From Eledone cirrhosa (Eukaryota): 64,000 nucleotides of DNA. Under the pieces are notes generated by a model. It saw only the letters and a program-made list of their open reading frames with translations, had not been told where the DNA came from and searched no databases. The stretch lies in the NCBI GenBank assembly GCA_964016885.1, contig OZ024741.1:352470001-352534000 (forward strand), given 5' to 3'. Shown here piece by piece: positions 13,751-26,399 of this stretch (position 1 is the stretch's first letter; the number at the start of each line of letters is the position of its first letter). The translations under genes were made by a program, and so were the position numbers.

Positions 13751-14224
13751 ATATGTAGGTGTAGTCGGATAAAGGTCGAAACGGCTTGGTGGAATGCAGC
13801 GAAAATTTACAGTTATGCAGAATGACCCGAGGAGGCGTTGGGTCGACTTTCAAGCTACAAGCTTCCATGGTTACAGAGAAAATCGATGAAACAGGAATTT
13901 CCCATTCAAATTGAACTGAGAGTAATCTGTGAACGCAGAAGTAAATATTTCGAGAAATCTTGCAACCGAGGGAAAGCAGGAAGACGATATTTTGGTTCGT
14001 GAAGACGTTCCCTGGCAATGAACGGAAAAAAAGCGAGGATAATACGTCGTTATGTAGAGCGAAAAGAACAATTTCATGCAAAGACAAGACCAAGTTTATG
14101 GCATAAATGGAGTCGTTAGACTAATATTCTATTTAAAATAACGGAATGATTTCCAGCCGGAGTTTAAGAATATGTAAATAAAATTGAAAACGAAAATGAC
14201 AGAGGTTATTAAAATAGTAAAAGT

Positions 14225-14783
14225 AAATAGTGAAGATTTAGGCCAGTACATACGTATGCCCCGACGGACATACACATACATACGCACACACAATACATAC
14301 ACACCCACAAACACACACACATACACACACACACAAGCACGCGCGCGCGCGTATGTATAAACCGTATGCATTTCTACAGTATTTTCACCAAACTTAAGAT
14401 ATAGGTTACTTATGTATTCCGGATGGTCATGGGCACTTTCATTTTTCCAGATATTGATTATAGGGCCTCCCGGCAGATAACCCCCTTTAACCACTTCCTT
14501 GGAGTCGACTGAAGCACTGCAGTGCAATGCAACAAAACGTCATAACTTCTGGAGTTCGCAACCGATTTTCACAAAACTTGACACTACGTTTGTCCTACAA
14601 ATGAATGTGAACTCTCAGAATTGGCACATATTGAGTAGGGGACGCCTGGGGGCAGGAACCCCCTTTTGGGAAAAGCCGATGATTTTGTAAAGGTATAGTT
14701 TTCGAAGCAGCACTGAAGTATTGATATAAATGGTATACACAACTGCTATTTAATACCCGAGCAACGCCGGGTACCTCTGCTAG
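14225..14783 (+). mobile_element. Non-autonomous Helitron-like element (5' boundary uncertain)
   Basis: 3' hairpin tacccgagcaacgccgggta followed by CTAG|T, the same style as the Helitron end at 22270. Confidence 0.6.
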
Positions 14784-14922
14784 TAAATATATATATTTGT
14801 TGAATTACCAACAAATTAAATATCCCTTTTGCTTATATATATATATATATATATTAGAAAGTGAGGTTTTTTTTACAAAATGAAAAATAACCGAGGTGTC
14901 CTACACGAGTGAAAGTATAAAG

Positions 14923-15031
14923 AAAAAAAGCTGAAATCGAAAATGCAACTGGAGTCTTATTTAAAATATATATATATATATATTTTTTTAAAAATAAGAC
15001 TCCAGTTACATTTTCGATTTCATCTTTTTTT
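14923..15031. repeat. Palindrome centred on a (TA)n tract
   Basis: tgaaatcgaaaatgcaactggagtcttattt ... aaataagactccagttacattttcgatttca. Confidence 0.9.
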
Positions 15032-15189
15032 CCATATATATATATACATATAAGTAGTAACACAACGTTGTGTTACTACTTATATATATACATATAAGTA
15101 GTAACACAACGTTGTGTTACTACTTATACCAAACTCGTCCCATGGACTGAGTGCTCTACCACTATGGATATTACCTTCCAGAGTTCTAC

Positions 15190-15297
<108 letters not shown>

Positions 15298-15470
15298 CAC
15301 ACTTCAACAGCATTCTAATAAATATTGTCAGTAAGGCAATAAAAGTGTGTATACATTTTTTGGGACACCCTGTGTGTGTATATATGTATGTATGTGTGTG
15401 TATAAAGAGTTAGAGAGAGAGAGAGAGAAAGAGTGAGAGAGAGAGAGATAGAGAGTGATAGAGAGAGATG

Positions 15471-15531
<61 letters not shown>

Positions 15532-16120
15532 AAACATCTGTAGAAAACTAAGTGAATTGGTGGATTGGCATTAGGGCGGAAGATTACTAGAATTGGCAGA
15601 GTATTGGTTAAATACCATTTCTGGCTCTTTACACTCTGAGTTCAATTCTCGCCGATGTCAACTTTACACCCTTCAAAGGGTCAATAAAATAAAATACCAA
15701 TCGAGTACTGTGGTTGATTTAATCACTCGAAACTGTGTTCCAAAAATTGAAATATTTATTGATGGATTGACAGAATTGGTAGAGCATCGGATAAAGTTCC
15801 ACGTACTGGATTTGATATATTCGACGTTCCTCTGCATAAAATTGCTGGTCTTGTGCCTAAATTAGAAACTATTATTGTGGTCTTCAGTTATTTAAAGTCA
15901 GTAGCTATTAACTAATCAATGTATATTTAGAGGTTTGGAGCGGTGTAAAGTCGTGGCGCTGAGTTAGGAGTTTTGCTTCTATGTTATTAGAATGCCTAAA
16001 TATTTGTCATCAACAACGTCTGTGTATATCAGCACACAATTACACACGCTTATACATTTATAAGGTTAAGAAATACTTGGGTGCTTACTAAAGTCTACAC
16101 ATATACACATATGTCTGTCC

Positions 16121-16192
<72 letters not shown>

Positions 16193-16263
16193 CCAGGAAG
16201 CTCCAACCGTTAAGGTTGTCTTTTTTTCCGGGTATGTCAATATTTATTTATAAAACAAATCTG

Positions 16264-16329
16264 TATTTTATCTGATGAAAGCGCACCATAATTTGCCTTC
16301 GTTGCCCTTGAAATATGTATAATAAAATA
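16264..16329 (+). ncRNA. Type I hammerhead ribozyme, family B (best copy)
   Basis: tattttat-CTGATGA-aagcgcac...gttgccctt-GAAA-tatgta-TA-ataaaata: 8-bp stem I, imperfect stem II, AUA triplet. Confidence 0.72.
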
Positions 16330-17085
16330 AAATAAAATAAATATGGTTTTATAAATATAGTTTCCATACACTAACATACAAAGAGACATATACACACACA
16401 CACTTCTCCGTATAAGACAAGAGCTGAAATATATCTTTCAACATGTTAAAATATCCCCCACACACGTACAGACACATTCCTACTGACCGATCCCTCTACC
16501 ACGAATTACTCTGCTACACACACACACACACACATATTTGTCTTAATAGGCACCTGAACTGTTGACCTTTCAACATGACTGCAATTCACACACACACATC
16601 CCTACTGACCATTATCACAATAATGAACCTCTTTACTACAAACACACACACACACACACACACTCACATATTTGTTTTAAAAGACTTATTTTTCAGTGAC
16701 TTCTCAATCAGGTGAAAAAGGACGCTCTTCGACAAACCTACATTTGGCGCAAAATCAATTTTTAACATTCACGTGACCTCTACCGACCAATCAAAATTGT
16801 TTTTACCACAAGAATTTTTGCAACACGAATTGGCGCGAAACTTATTTTAATACCTCTGGAGCCACTTTTTTCACATAAAACAGGTAGAATTTCCAAAACT
16901 ACTCAGATTAAAGCAAACATCATGGGCGCTCTATTTCAAAATTATTTTTGAAAAGCATTAGAAATGCGCAACCGGTAAAAACTTAAAACTAAAACTGACC
17001 AATACTTATTACTAATTTTTACTTATTCCTAATTAAACTATTTTTCACTGGGAACAATTTGTCAGCATTTTCTTTTCCTTTTACC

Positions 17086-17147
<62 letters not shown>

Positions 17148-17168
17148 TATACACACACACACACACAG

Positions 17169-17231
<63 letters not shown>

Positions 17232-17261
17232 ATATTAATAAATGGAAACTATATTTATAAA

Positions 17262-17357
<96 letters not shown>

Positions 17358-17479
17358 TGTGTATGTATATATATGTGTATCTCTTTTACTCTCTTTTACC
17401 TGTTCCAGTCATCTGGCTGAGGCCATGCTAGGGCACCGCCCTTATTGCAACACATTCTATCTCCAATCTGTATTAGCTG

Positions 17480-17685
17480 GCAATTGGTGTAAGAGGGAGT
17501 TCGTTGCTGCTGCCCTTAGGTTACCTCCGTACCGTGCTGTGGGCTCATCCAGGATCCTGGATAGCAGCGGCTCAAGATGTTTCTTGAAAACATCCACGTC
17601 CACACCATATGTAGATCTCTCAAATTTCTTGGCAGCTTGTTGAATAGTTGAGGGCCTTTGAACCCCAGACTATTGCAATATCTGC
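17480..17685 (-). mobile_element. CR1-like LINE 3' ORF fragment
   Basis: Reads NSLGFKGPQLFNKLPRNLR, then after a frameshift VDVFKKHLE..LDEP..RAAATNSLLHQ. Confidence 0.65.
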
Positions 17686-17689
17686 TCCT

Positions 17690-17778
<89 letters not shown>

Positions 17779-17781
<3 letters not shown>

Positions 17782-18080
17782 TTAAAACAACAGAAGGCCG
17801 GACTTGAAATACCCTTTTAAAGGTTTGATGTTATAAAAAACACATATATATTGCACCAACAATAACACTGAATTCGTGGGCCATCTCCGAATCAAATATA
17901 TTCCCTATCCTCTGTTTGTGTTTGCCGTAATTCCTTTTATTGATTAACTAATTATGCAATCTGAACCTGATGATGTCGCCAGGGTCATACGTAAACAGGC
18001 CATTGAACTATACATAGTGTTTTTCACAACATTAAAACTTTAAAGGGTTAGTTTAGTCCGGCTTTCTGTCGTTTTAATTA
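17779..18080. repeat. Degenerate inverted repeat (~65-bp arms) enclosing a CTGATGA core
   Basis: taattaaaacaacagaaggccggact...aaaaacac versus gtgtttt...agtccggctttctgtcgttttaatta. Confidence 0.7.
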
Positions 18081-18234
18081 AATAAATATTTAACTCTGTT
18101 CCTGCACCAGCCACAGGATTCAACATCAAGATGGATGAGTTGCATAATGTAGAGTGCTTTCCTTACGATTACATCATGGTTAACTAAACGGAATGACCAG
18201 TTCTAGCCATTGTTGAACCACATAACATGAATGA

Positions 18235-18340
<106 letters not shown>

Positions 18341-18554
18341 GTGTGTGTGTATGTATTTTTTCTCGCGAGTCAGTTATTTCGTTGCTACGGACCCCGCGGC
18401 TGAATTACTGGTCGCTATCTTCAATTTGCAAAGCCGTTTAAACGTAACGTTATTACTCTAAGTTTTAATACCTTATCGAGTGCTTGGCTGCTCTTTCTGA
18501 TTGCATTCGTCGGCTTAGCTGCGGCTCAAGCTTCGACTATGCTGTACTTCCATT

Positions 18555-18605
<51 letters not shown>

Positions 18606-18714
18606 TTCATCATTCAAACCCTAACCCTAAACTAATATATTTCTTCACTGTACTGTGTCGTTCGCTTTGTTATTTCTGTTTACATTTTATACATGCACAC
18701 ACCACATGCACGCG

Positions 18715-18769
<55 letters not shown>

Positions 18770-19307
18770 GCATCATTATCTATAAAAGGCAGATTTTTGT
18801 GTCTGTATGTATGTTTCAATTTTATACATTTACACAATTCCAAAAATATTGAATGAATAATTAAGCAGAATGTTTACAAATATTCTAACTTGGGTCATGG
18901 GCGACCTTATTGGGTAAAAAATGCCACAATTACGGAAAAATCGATTTATTTCAACAATCGATGATTTCTCCTCTCTCATATGATATACGTTTCCTATATC
19001 TACTCCCTTCATCACCTCCCCTTAAAATTGCTACCTTCTCTTATAAGTGTTTGTGAAAAAGAGAAACATTGAAAAAAAACATATACACACATATATGTTG
19101 GTATGGTTAAGATTGACGTCATAGAAACAGGAACGCGGGAATTTCAATCAATCAACGCATACACAGTTTGTTTTAGAAATGATAAAGAGGGAGAGAGAAA
19201 CAAACAGACACACTAAAAGACGGATATATATGTGTGTGTGTTTGTATTAGCGCGTTCAAACTCCATTTCGAAGCTGATTTTCATTTACTAAACTGTAAGT
19301 TTTTCAA

Positions 19308-19543
19308 TCGGCCTTACACTTTCAAACTATATTTTTCTGTATAAGTAACTTTAACCCTTTATTTTCGACATAAAAATACACACATACATACAAATACCTG
19401 TAAATTTTTTTGGGGGGCCTTTCTTATCAATATTTTTACATTCAATTATCAGCCTTATACTATCAAAGTCAATTTTTATGTTGAAGTAACTTTCAACCTT
19501 TAATACATACATACATACATACATACATACATACATACATACA

Positions 19544-19575
<32 letters not shown>

Positions 19576-19959
19576 CACACATACATACATATACACACAT
19601 ACATACAAATACCTGTCACTTAATTTACACACACATCGGCCTTACACTTTCAAACTAAATTTTTCTGTAGAAGTAACTTTAACCCTTTCTTTTCGACATA
19701 AAAATACACACATACATACAAATACCTGTACATTTTTTGGGGGGGTCTTTCTTATCAATCTTTTTACATTCAATTATCAGCCTTATACTTTCAAAGTCAA
19801 TTTTTATGTTGAAGTAACTTTCACCCTTTATTTTTCGATACCCATTTACTTACTAACATTTGTATCACAACAACAATAACAATATTCATAAACAGACAGT
19901 AGACTTTCAAAGTCAATTTTTCTGTAGAAGTAACTTTCACCCTTTCTTTTGGACATAAA
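19308..19959 (+). repeat. Tandem duplications inside the Helitron 5' region
   Basis: atcggccttacactttcaaact...aagtaactttaaccc occurs twice in full, with further partial repeats and (CATA)n. Confidence 0.85.
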
Positions 19960-20688
19960 ATGCCACCTAAAAAGAGAAGTCGCCTCAGTCGACATACCGC
20001 GTCAGCAGTGGCGCAAAAGGCTACTATAGCAAACGAGTCCTCTGAGGAAAATGCTTCAAGACTTTCACAGACAGCCTTACGTTCAGCAGAATGTCGAGCC
20101 GCTGAAAGTTTCCAACAGCGCACCGCACGCCTAGCCAAAATGGCTTCATACCAGGCTTCTTCCAGGGCTTCAGAGAGCCGTGAACAAAGGTCGAAGCGCC
20201 TGGCTAGAAACGATGCGACTAATGCTGCTTCCAGGTCTTTGGAACGTTTAAAACAACGGACGGCTCGCCTTCCTACGAACGCTGCGGCTATGATTACTTC
20301 CATGGCTTCTGAAGATGCAGACGGGCGGTCCATTAGCATTGCAAATGTTGCTTCTGCTATTGCTGCCAGACTTTCCCACCAACCACACGACCAATGTTCT
20401 ACGTTCAAGCGTAACAGTCGACGGCGAGAAGCTGCATGCGGTGTGACGAGCCCCAACAGCGCTTACTGGCACCTACGGGCTTTCAAGTATGAGCAAAACG
20501 TTAATTACTCGATGCGCTCTGACATAAATATAGGCGAGATGCGCTTCAATTGCCAATTCTGCAATGCTACAAAGTGGGCTGGGGAGCCACCTGCAATGTG
20601 CTGCTTAAACGGTAAGGTCACCTTGCCCCCTCTTCCGGAACCGCCAGAGCCTTTGAAGGAACTACTGACTGGTTATACCTCAAGGTAA
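19960..20688 (+). pseudogene. Helitron RepHel N-terminus: STPR-like 23-aa repeats plus Zn finger; truncated
   Basis: MPPKKRS start, E-S-x(6)-R-L-type repeats at 23-aa spacing, CQFCNATKWAGEPPAMCCLNGKVTLPPL zinc finger. Confidence 0.85.
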
Positions 20689-20724
20689 AAAAAAAAAAAA
20701 ACCCTGATCCCCCCAATAAAAAAC

Positions 20725-21956
20725 GCTCCTGGGGTACCGGAAAAACTTTTGTAACCAATTTGAGTCTCGCTAAGATTCGTCAGGAGAAAAAAGTTGCGTT
20801 GTCCGTTGCATCGTCCGGGATCGCTGCTACTTTGCTGCCGGGAGGCAGGACAGCACATTCAACCTGAGACACCAACATGCAATATCAGCAAGAGTTCACA
20901 CAAAGCTCTGGTTCTCAAAAGATGTTGCCTCATTGTTTGGGATGAGTGCACAATGGAACACAAGGGTGCCCTTGAGGCATTGGACAGGGCCCGGAAAGAC
21001 ATTAGGGATTCTACGGCTCCTATGGGTGGCGTAACCCTTCTGCTATCAGGGGATTTTCGGAAAACGCTGCCTGTCATCCCCAAATGGACAAGAGCTGATG
21101 AAGTGCGTGCCTGTCTTAAGTCGTCCATGTTGTGGCTCCAGGTGAATAGTTTGTACCTGAGCACAAATATGCGTGCTCATTTGCATGGTGACAACATATC
21201 TGCAGCACAGAACATTTTAGCACTTGGTGAGGGCAAGATCCCTGCGGATGACAAGGGCGGCATAGCAATCGACACCCTGTGCAACATTGTGAGCAGCCCT
21301 TCTGACCTTTGGGAAGCAGTTTTTCCTAATGTCTCATCTAACTTTAAAAACCTCGATTGGCTCAGCGAAAGAGCCATCCTTGCTCCGAAAAATACCATGG
21401 TTAATTTTATTAACGAGCAGCTGATTGAGAAGATTCCCGGTAAAGAGCACATCTTCAAATCAGACCCCGACGATATCGTTAATTATCCGGTTGAGTTATT
21501 AAATCTCCTTGAGCCCCCAGGGCTCCCACCTCACATTATTAAGCTTAGGGTTGGCTGTCCCATTATGCTAATAAGGAACTTGCGTCCACCAAAGCAGTGC
21601 AACGGTACTCGCATGGTCGTCAAGTCACTGACACCCACTTGATTGAGGCCACCATTGTAACGGGGTGCGGAAGAGGGGAGAATGTTTTCATTCCAAGGAT
21701 GAACCTTTTCCCCTCGGCGTCAGATATCCCGTTCGATTTCCGGCGATCCCAATTCCCGGTGAGACCATGTTTTGCCATGTCCATTAACAAGTCACAAGGG
21801 CAAACATTGTCGGTGGCGGGCATCCATTTGGGGGAGCCATGCTTCTCCCATGGCCAACTTTATGTTGCCTGTTCCCGCGCAGGAAGCAGGAATGGACTTT
21901 TTGCTTACTCTCCTCAAGGGATGACACGCAATATCGTCTACAAAGAGGTGCTATAG
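20725..21956 (+). pseudogene. PIF1-family helicase of a Helitron, frameshifted
   Basis: Broken Walker A (APG/GTGKTF), VASSGIAATLLPGGRTAHS, IVWDECTM, GDFRKTLPV, QCNGTR, QFPVRPCFAMSINKSQGQTL, FSHGQLYVACSR, NIVYKEVL. Confidence 0.93.
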
Positions 21957-22569
21957 ATGTTGGTGCAGGTGTTGGAGCTATGCCGTCTGGAACACTATTT
22001 CCTGGTAGGGTATCCCATGGCGGACAGATCTGACACCCAGCGGCATCAGGGCCACCATCTTGCAACTTTGGTCTACTAAATTCGCTATTGGAAGATTATT
22101 AACCCATCATTGATTGACCAAAATGCTAATTGGTTCGTAACTTTTAATAACCGGTTCAACTGCTTTATGCACTTAATTGATAAGCTTATTCGCTTTCAAA
22201 CCACGTTTACCTGTATGTAACTTTTCATAGCAAATGAACAAACCCGAGCAGCGCCTGGCTAAACTGCTAGTAGTTGATAAAAATGAAAGTAAAAATGCAC
22301 AATGGTTTATCTAAAGATATTCTTTTCTTTAATCCGACTGAATGAATATTTTTTATAATTGTTACATTAAATGGATTTAAATTATGTCAAATATTACCGG
22401 TTTAAATTGGTATGTCAATTATCAAATAGAAAAGTTTGTTCATATATTCTGTGGGCAGTTAGAAGATATGTGAATTTTCTGTCAAAATTTCTTCTTATAT
22501 ATATATGTTCGTTATGAAGGTATGGTGGTGAAGGTGGAAGTGGGGTTGCAGGTCAAAATCCAATCGATT

Positions 22570-22906
22570 AATTAGAAATGTTCTTGGTTAAAATAGAAAA
22601 TTCTTTTATTATTCAAAATAATGGTTCAGGTGGCATTTTTGTTGTGTGTGTGTGCGTGCGCATGTCTAATACTGCGCATGTTGCAATGTCACTGCTTAAG
22701 AGGATTTGTCTCGTGTTTTCATCACGGATTTGTTGGCGGTGTATAGTCATTCTTTTTCATACTGATATTCCCGATTCTCCCATGTAATTTTGCAGACATC
22801 CACAGCTTTTAATCAGATGGATTAAGTTTTGCGAGTTGTAGGTGGAATTCACTTTTATTCTGAATATTTGTCCATTCTTAAATTTGAATGCTGGTCCTTC
22901 ATCCCC

Positions 22907-22909
<3 letters not shown>
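22570..22909 (-). pseudogene. GIY-YIG endonuclease remnant of a Penelope-like retroelement
   Basis: Manual translation: EGPAFKFKNGQIFRIKVNSTYNSQNLIHLIKSCGCLQNYMGESGISV*KRMTIHRQQIR...CA, matching the PLE pattern NLIYxIxCxxCxxxYIGxTG...RxxxH. Confidence 0.8.
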
Positions 22910-22990
<81 letters not shown>

Positions 22991-23009
22991 TTATTAGTAT
23001 TGGTGCTCG

Positions 23010-23535
23010 GAAATAGCGATGTGTTCATGAATGTATGTATAGTATATTTGACAATATACTGTATGTTTAATTAAAAACATTTTGAAGACCATTTGCTATG
23101 AGTTTTAAAGTAGTGACTATGTCACTTAATTATTTTCGGCAAAAACAAAGGGAGAGTGATCGACAGTCTGTTTCTCGCTTGTTGGCGAATGGTCATTCAT
23201 GTATACATCCCTATTTCAGAGCACCAATACTAATACCTAATTTTTGGTGGACCGGCAATCGCTCTGTTTAACCAGCTCTTAAATATTACCGGAATTCTAT
23301 AAGAATCCAGCTTCTATAATTTTCGGCAAAGGCAGGGGACTGTGTGGTTTTCATAAACGCCAACAAGCGAGGAACAGACTGTCGATCACCCTCCCTTTGT
23401 TTTCGCCAAATATAAGTAAGTGACATAGTCACTACTTTAAAACTCATAGCGAATGGTCTTCTAAATGTTTTTAATTAAACATACGGTGTAATGCCAAATA
23501 TACTATACATACATTCATATATACATCGCTATTTC
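23010..23535. repeat. Inverted repeat, arms ~180 bp, spacer ~170 bp
   Basis: ctatgagttttaaagtagtgactatgtcactta...gatcgacagtctgtt versus aacagactgtcgatc...taagtgacatagtcactactttaaaactcatag. Confidence 0.92.
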
Positions 23536-23891
23536 AGAGTGCTAATATATATGCAGTAGTACTACCGTAGTGGGGTTCATAATAGGGGTGTATCTGAAAG
23601 CATTGATACATAATACATACATAACATAAACACGCTACACTGAAAGAGGTAATGTAAGAACGAGGTTTGCTTCTAATAATAAGATCTCTGATGTGATCCA
23701 TCACGGTTTGCACATCTAGGTCGATCAACACGCTCGAATGATTTAATAAGGTGTCGGGTCACTCTAATTATAGGTCGACTAGAACACATCTCCGGTTTAC
23801 TTGTTTACAGGTGAGTTACGTGGATTGGTTTCAAGACTAGTTTTGTGTCAATCGAGAAATGTCAGGTCGTGCGTGATCTTTGTCGTTGCTA

Positions 23892-23993
<102 letters not shown>

Positions 23994-24292
23994 CACTCTC
24001 CCCCCCTCCCCCTCTCTCTTTATATCGTTGTTTTACCTTTGTTTTACATTTTAGTCCCCTCTCTTTCTACTCAATCCCCTCTCTACTCTCTTTCGTTCGT
24101 CTAACTTTGTCACTCTTATTTTCCCCCTCTGTCTTTATCTCTATATCTCTCATTTTGAATATTCAATACGAGAGAGAAAGGGGACAAGTGAAAGAGAGGG
24201 AGAGAGAGAGAGAGAGAGGGAGAGAAAGAGAGAGAGAGAGAAATGGGAGGGAAAGGGAGTGAGAGAGAAGAGGAGAGTGAAAGAGGGTGAGC

Positions 24293-24368
<76 letters not shown>

Positions 24369-25129
24369 CCAATTTTTAAAATACTGGTTTCCTCTCTTGT
24401 TACACTCAATCTCTCGACAGATATCACTGATGGTAGAGAACGCCGGCATCCTGCTTACAAATATGTGGCCTCAATAAAAACATTTTAGAAAGAAATAGTT
24501 AGAATGTCAGCGTTCGTGTGACAGACGGATATATGTGGTTTTCATTACAATATACAATTTGCCAAACAAAATGAGTACAAAACGTAAAAATAATAATGCC
24601 TTCATATACAACCTCTATTATGAATCCGCTATGTTAGTGCTACTGTCAAATAATCCCAGTCAAGTCAAGCACGTACTATATGCAAATAAACTTTCTCAAC
24701 AGATGTTTTATACGCAATATATATATATATATATATATATATTCACCTGGGAGTGAAAGGCCCCCAGTTGTTGTCACAACAACTTTCTAGGGGAGGGAAA
24801 CTCTGAAAAAACAAACCTGCGGCTTCGGAAGCATCCGATGATGTTGACCAGTTCTCCTTTTCGGGTAGTGTTTTCGATGCTCAGAGAGTGGGATTGGTTG
24901 AGTGCAAGGCATTTCCCCACTTAAAAAATACCTTCAAAGTACAGGCATTGCTTGTTCAGGGTATGTTACAGGTTCGTGTGGCTGGTCGTAGCCTAAAGGT
25001 GCACCAAACTCTATAATCTGACAAGCGATTGCAATACTCTTAGCAGAGTTTGCAGCCATCATATATATATACGGTAAACCGGGGTTACTTTGAACGTTCG
25101 TGGCTACTTTGAAAAGAAAACAATAAAAA

Positions 25130-25172
25130 CTTCACCCTCATCAGCTCTTGGTTTGAGAGCTGATGACGGTGA

Positions 25173-25174
<2 letters not shown>
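25130..25174. repeat. Short hairpin whose two arms both carry CTGATGA
   Basis: cttcaccctcatcagctct / agagctgatgacggtgaag (one mismatch). Confidence 0.75.
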
Positions 25175-25217
<43 letters not shown>

Positions 25218-25452
25218 CTTGTCTTCTACATTGCTTTTCTTTATTTCCTTCTTCCAGTCACTTCTGTGTGCCAACACACTTTTTCTTGTCCTCCTCTTTC
25301 AATCTTTTCTATATTTCATCTGTCTGTCACCCACCTTGTGGATTGTCTCTCTGTTGACCACTGGCCGCTGGTCTCTGTCCTCTGAGGTATTTTTGCCCAT
25401 CACTGTCATTGACAGCATTTAGCTGTTTTAACGACTGTTCTAGTGATGAGTT

Positions 25453-25498
<46 letters not shown>

Positions 25499-25499
25499 C

Positions 25500-25880
25500 T
25501 GATTCTTTTTTTCAAATACCACTTTGGAAGAAGAATCAGGATGGAGAGAGAGGTGCTGTACCCCAGCAAGTTTTATGAAAGGTGGGTGAAAGTGGCGAGA
25601 ATGGCCCGAGTGAATGGGCCTTCTCTCTATATCAGCCTGTAGGTTGAGGAAAAAGAGGAGGAGAGGAAAGGAGTACAAACTCTTTGTACTCCTGGAGATG
25701 AGGGTTGCACATTTTTTTTCGGGGGTATGTGTTACCCATATGTAATGTCTCCCCCTATTGGGGAAAATCGATTAATTTTTAAATTGCATTTGTGATAACA
25801 TTTTACACGTTTTTATTGTATGTAAACTTCCCCCTTTGTATTTGTCCCCTTCTTTTGTGCCCCTGTGGCTAATAAAGAAA
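25500..25880 (+). mobile_element. Possible Tx1/L1-like LINE 3' end
   Basis: Short ORF tail (FFKYHFGRRIRMERE..KFYERW) then a UTR-like stretch ending in aataaa, beside (TATC)n. Confidence 0.35.
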
Positions 25881-26229
25881 CATATCTATATTTATATATA
25901 AGCTATAGATTATTCTTCTCTCAGTACCGAAATAGTAAACTTCACTGATGTTGGATTTAACATTTTGAAATATTAATGTCTGGTGTTCTCTTAAAACTAT
26001 TGAGATAGCTGAGATATGATCACAGCTTAAAACATTCATGCCGAAATTTATATATGTTTGTTATACATAAACATATCGTATATGCCTCTATATACACCTC
26101 TGTAATGAATTACACTATGTTAGTGCTACTGTTACTTAATACAATACAGTTAGAGATAGAGAAACCGACAATCTTAATCATCATTAACCAGGGCTTTGAA
26201 TATGAGCATATCAACCGTGTTTTCAATAA

Positions 26230-26349
26230 TTTAGGAAATTCTGTGCCGATGGTAGTGAGTAGGGAGGTGGCTCTCGGACCAAAGACACCAGAAGTCTCCA
26301 CTGCTACGGGCTCGACCGCAAACCTGTTGGAGAGCGACCGATATTTTGA
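26230..26349 (-). mobile_element. CRE-like non-LTR retrotransposon, restriction-like endonuclease fragment
   Basis: SKYRSLSNRFAVEPVAVETSGVFGPRATSLLTTIG matches KY..L...P.AVET.G.xGP.A..LL..xG. Confidence 0.65.
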
Positions 26350-26399
26350 GAGTTAAAATAAAAACAAAATTGAAAACCTTGTACTTAAGCGGGAATAAA

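Larger units (their letters stand above)
18773..22270 (+). mobile_element. Internally deleted Helitron (~3.5 kb)
   Basis: Probable 5' A|TC at 18773, subterminal hairpin-like cccgagcagcgcctgg and CTAG|T at 22270, RepHel-derived coding sequence inside. Confidence 0.85.

Noticed and set aside
19821-20456. 211-aa minus-strand ORF
   Set aside because: It is the antisense shadow of the Helitron N-terminal ORF.
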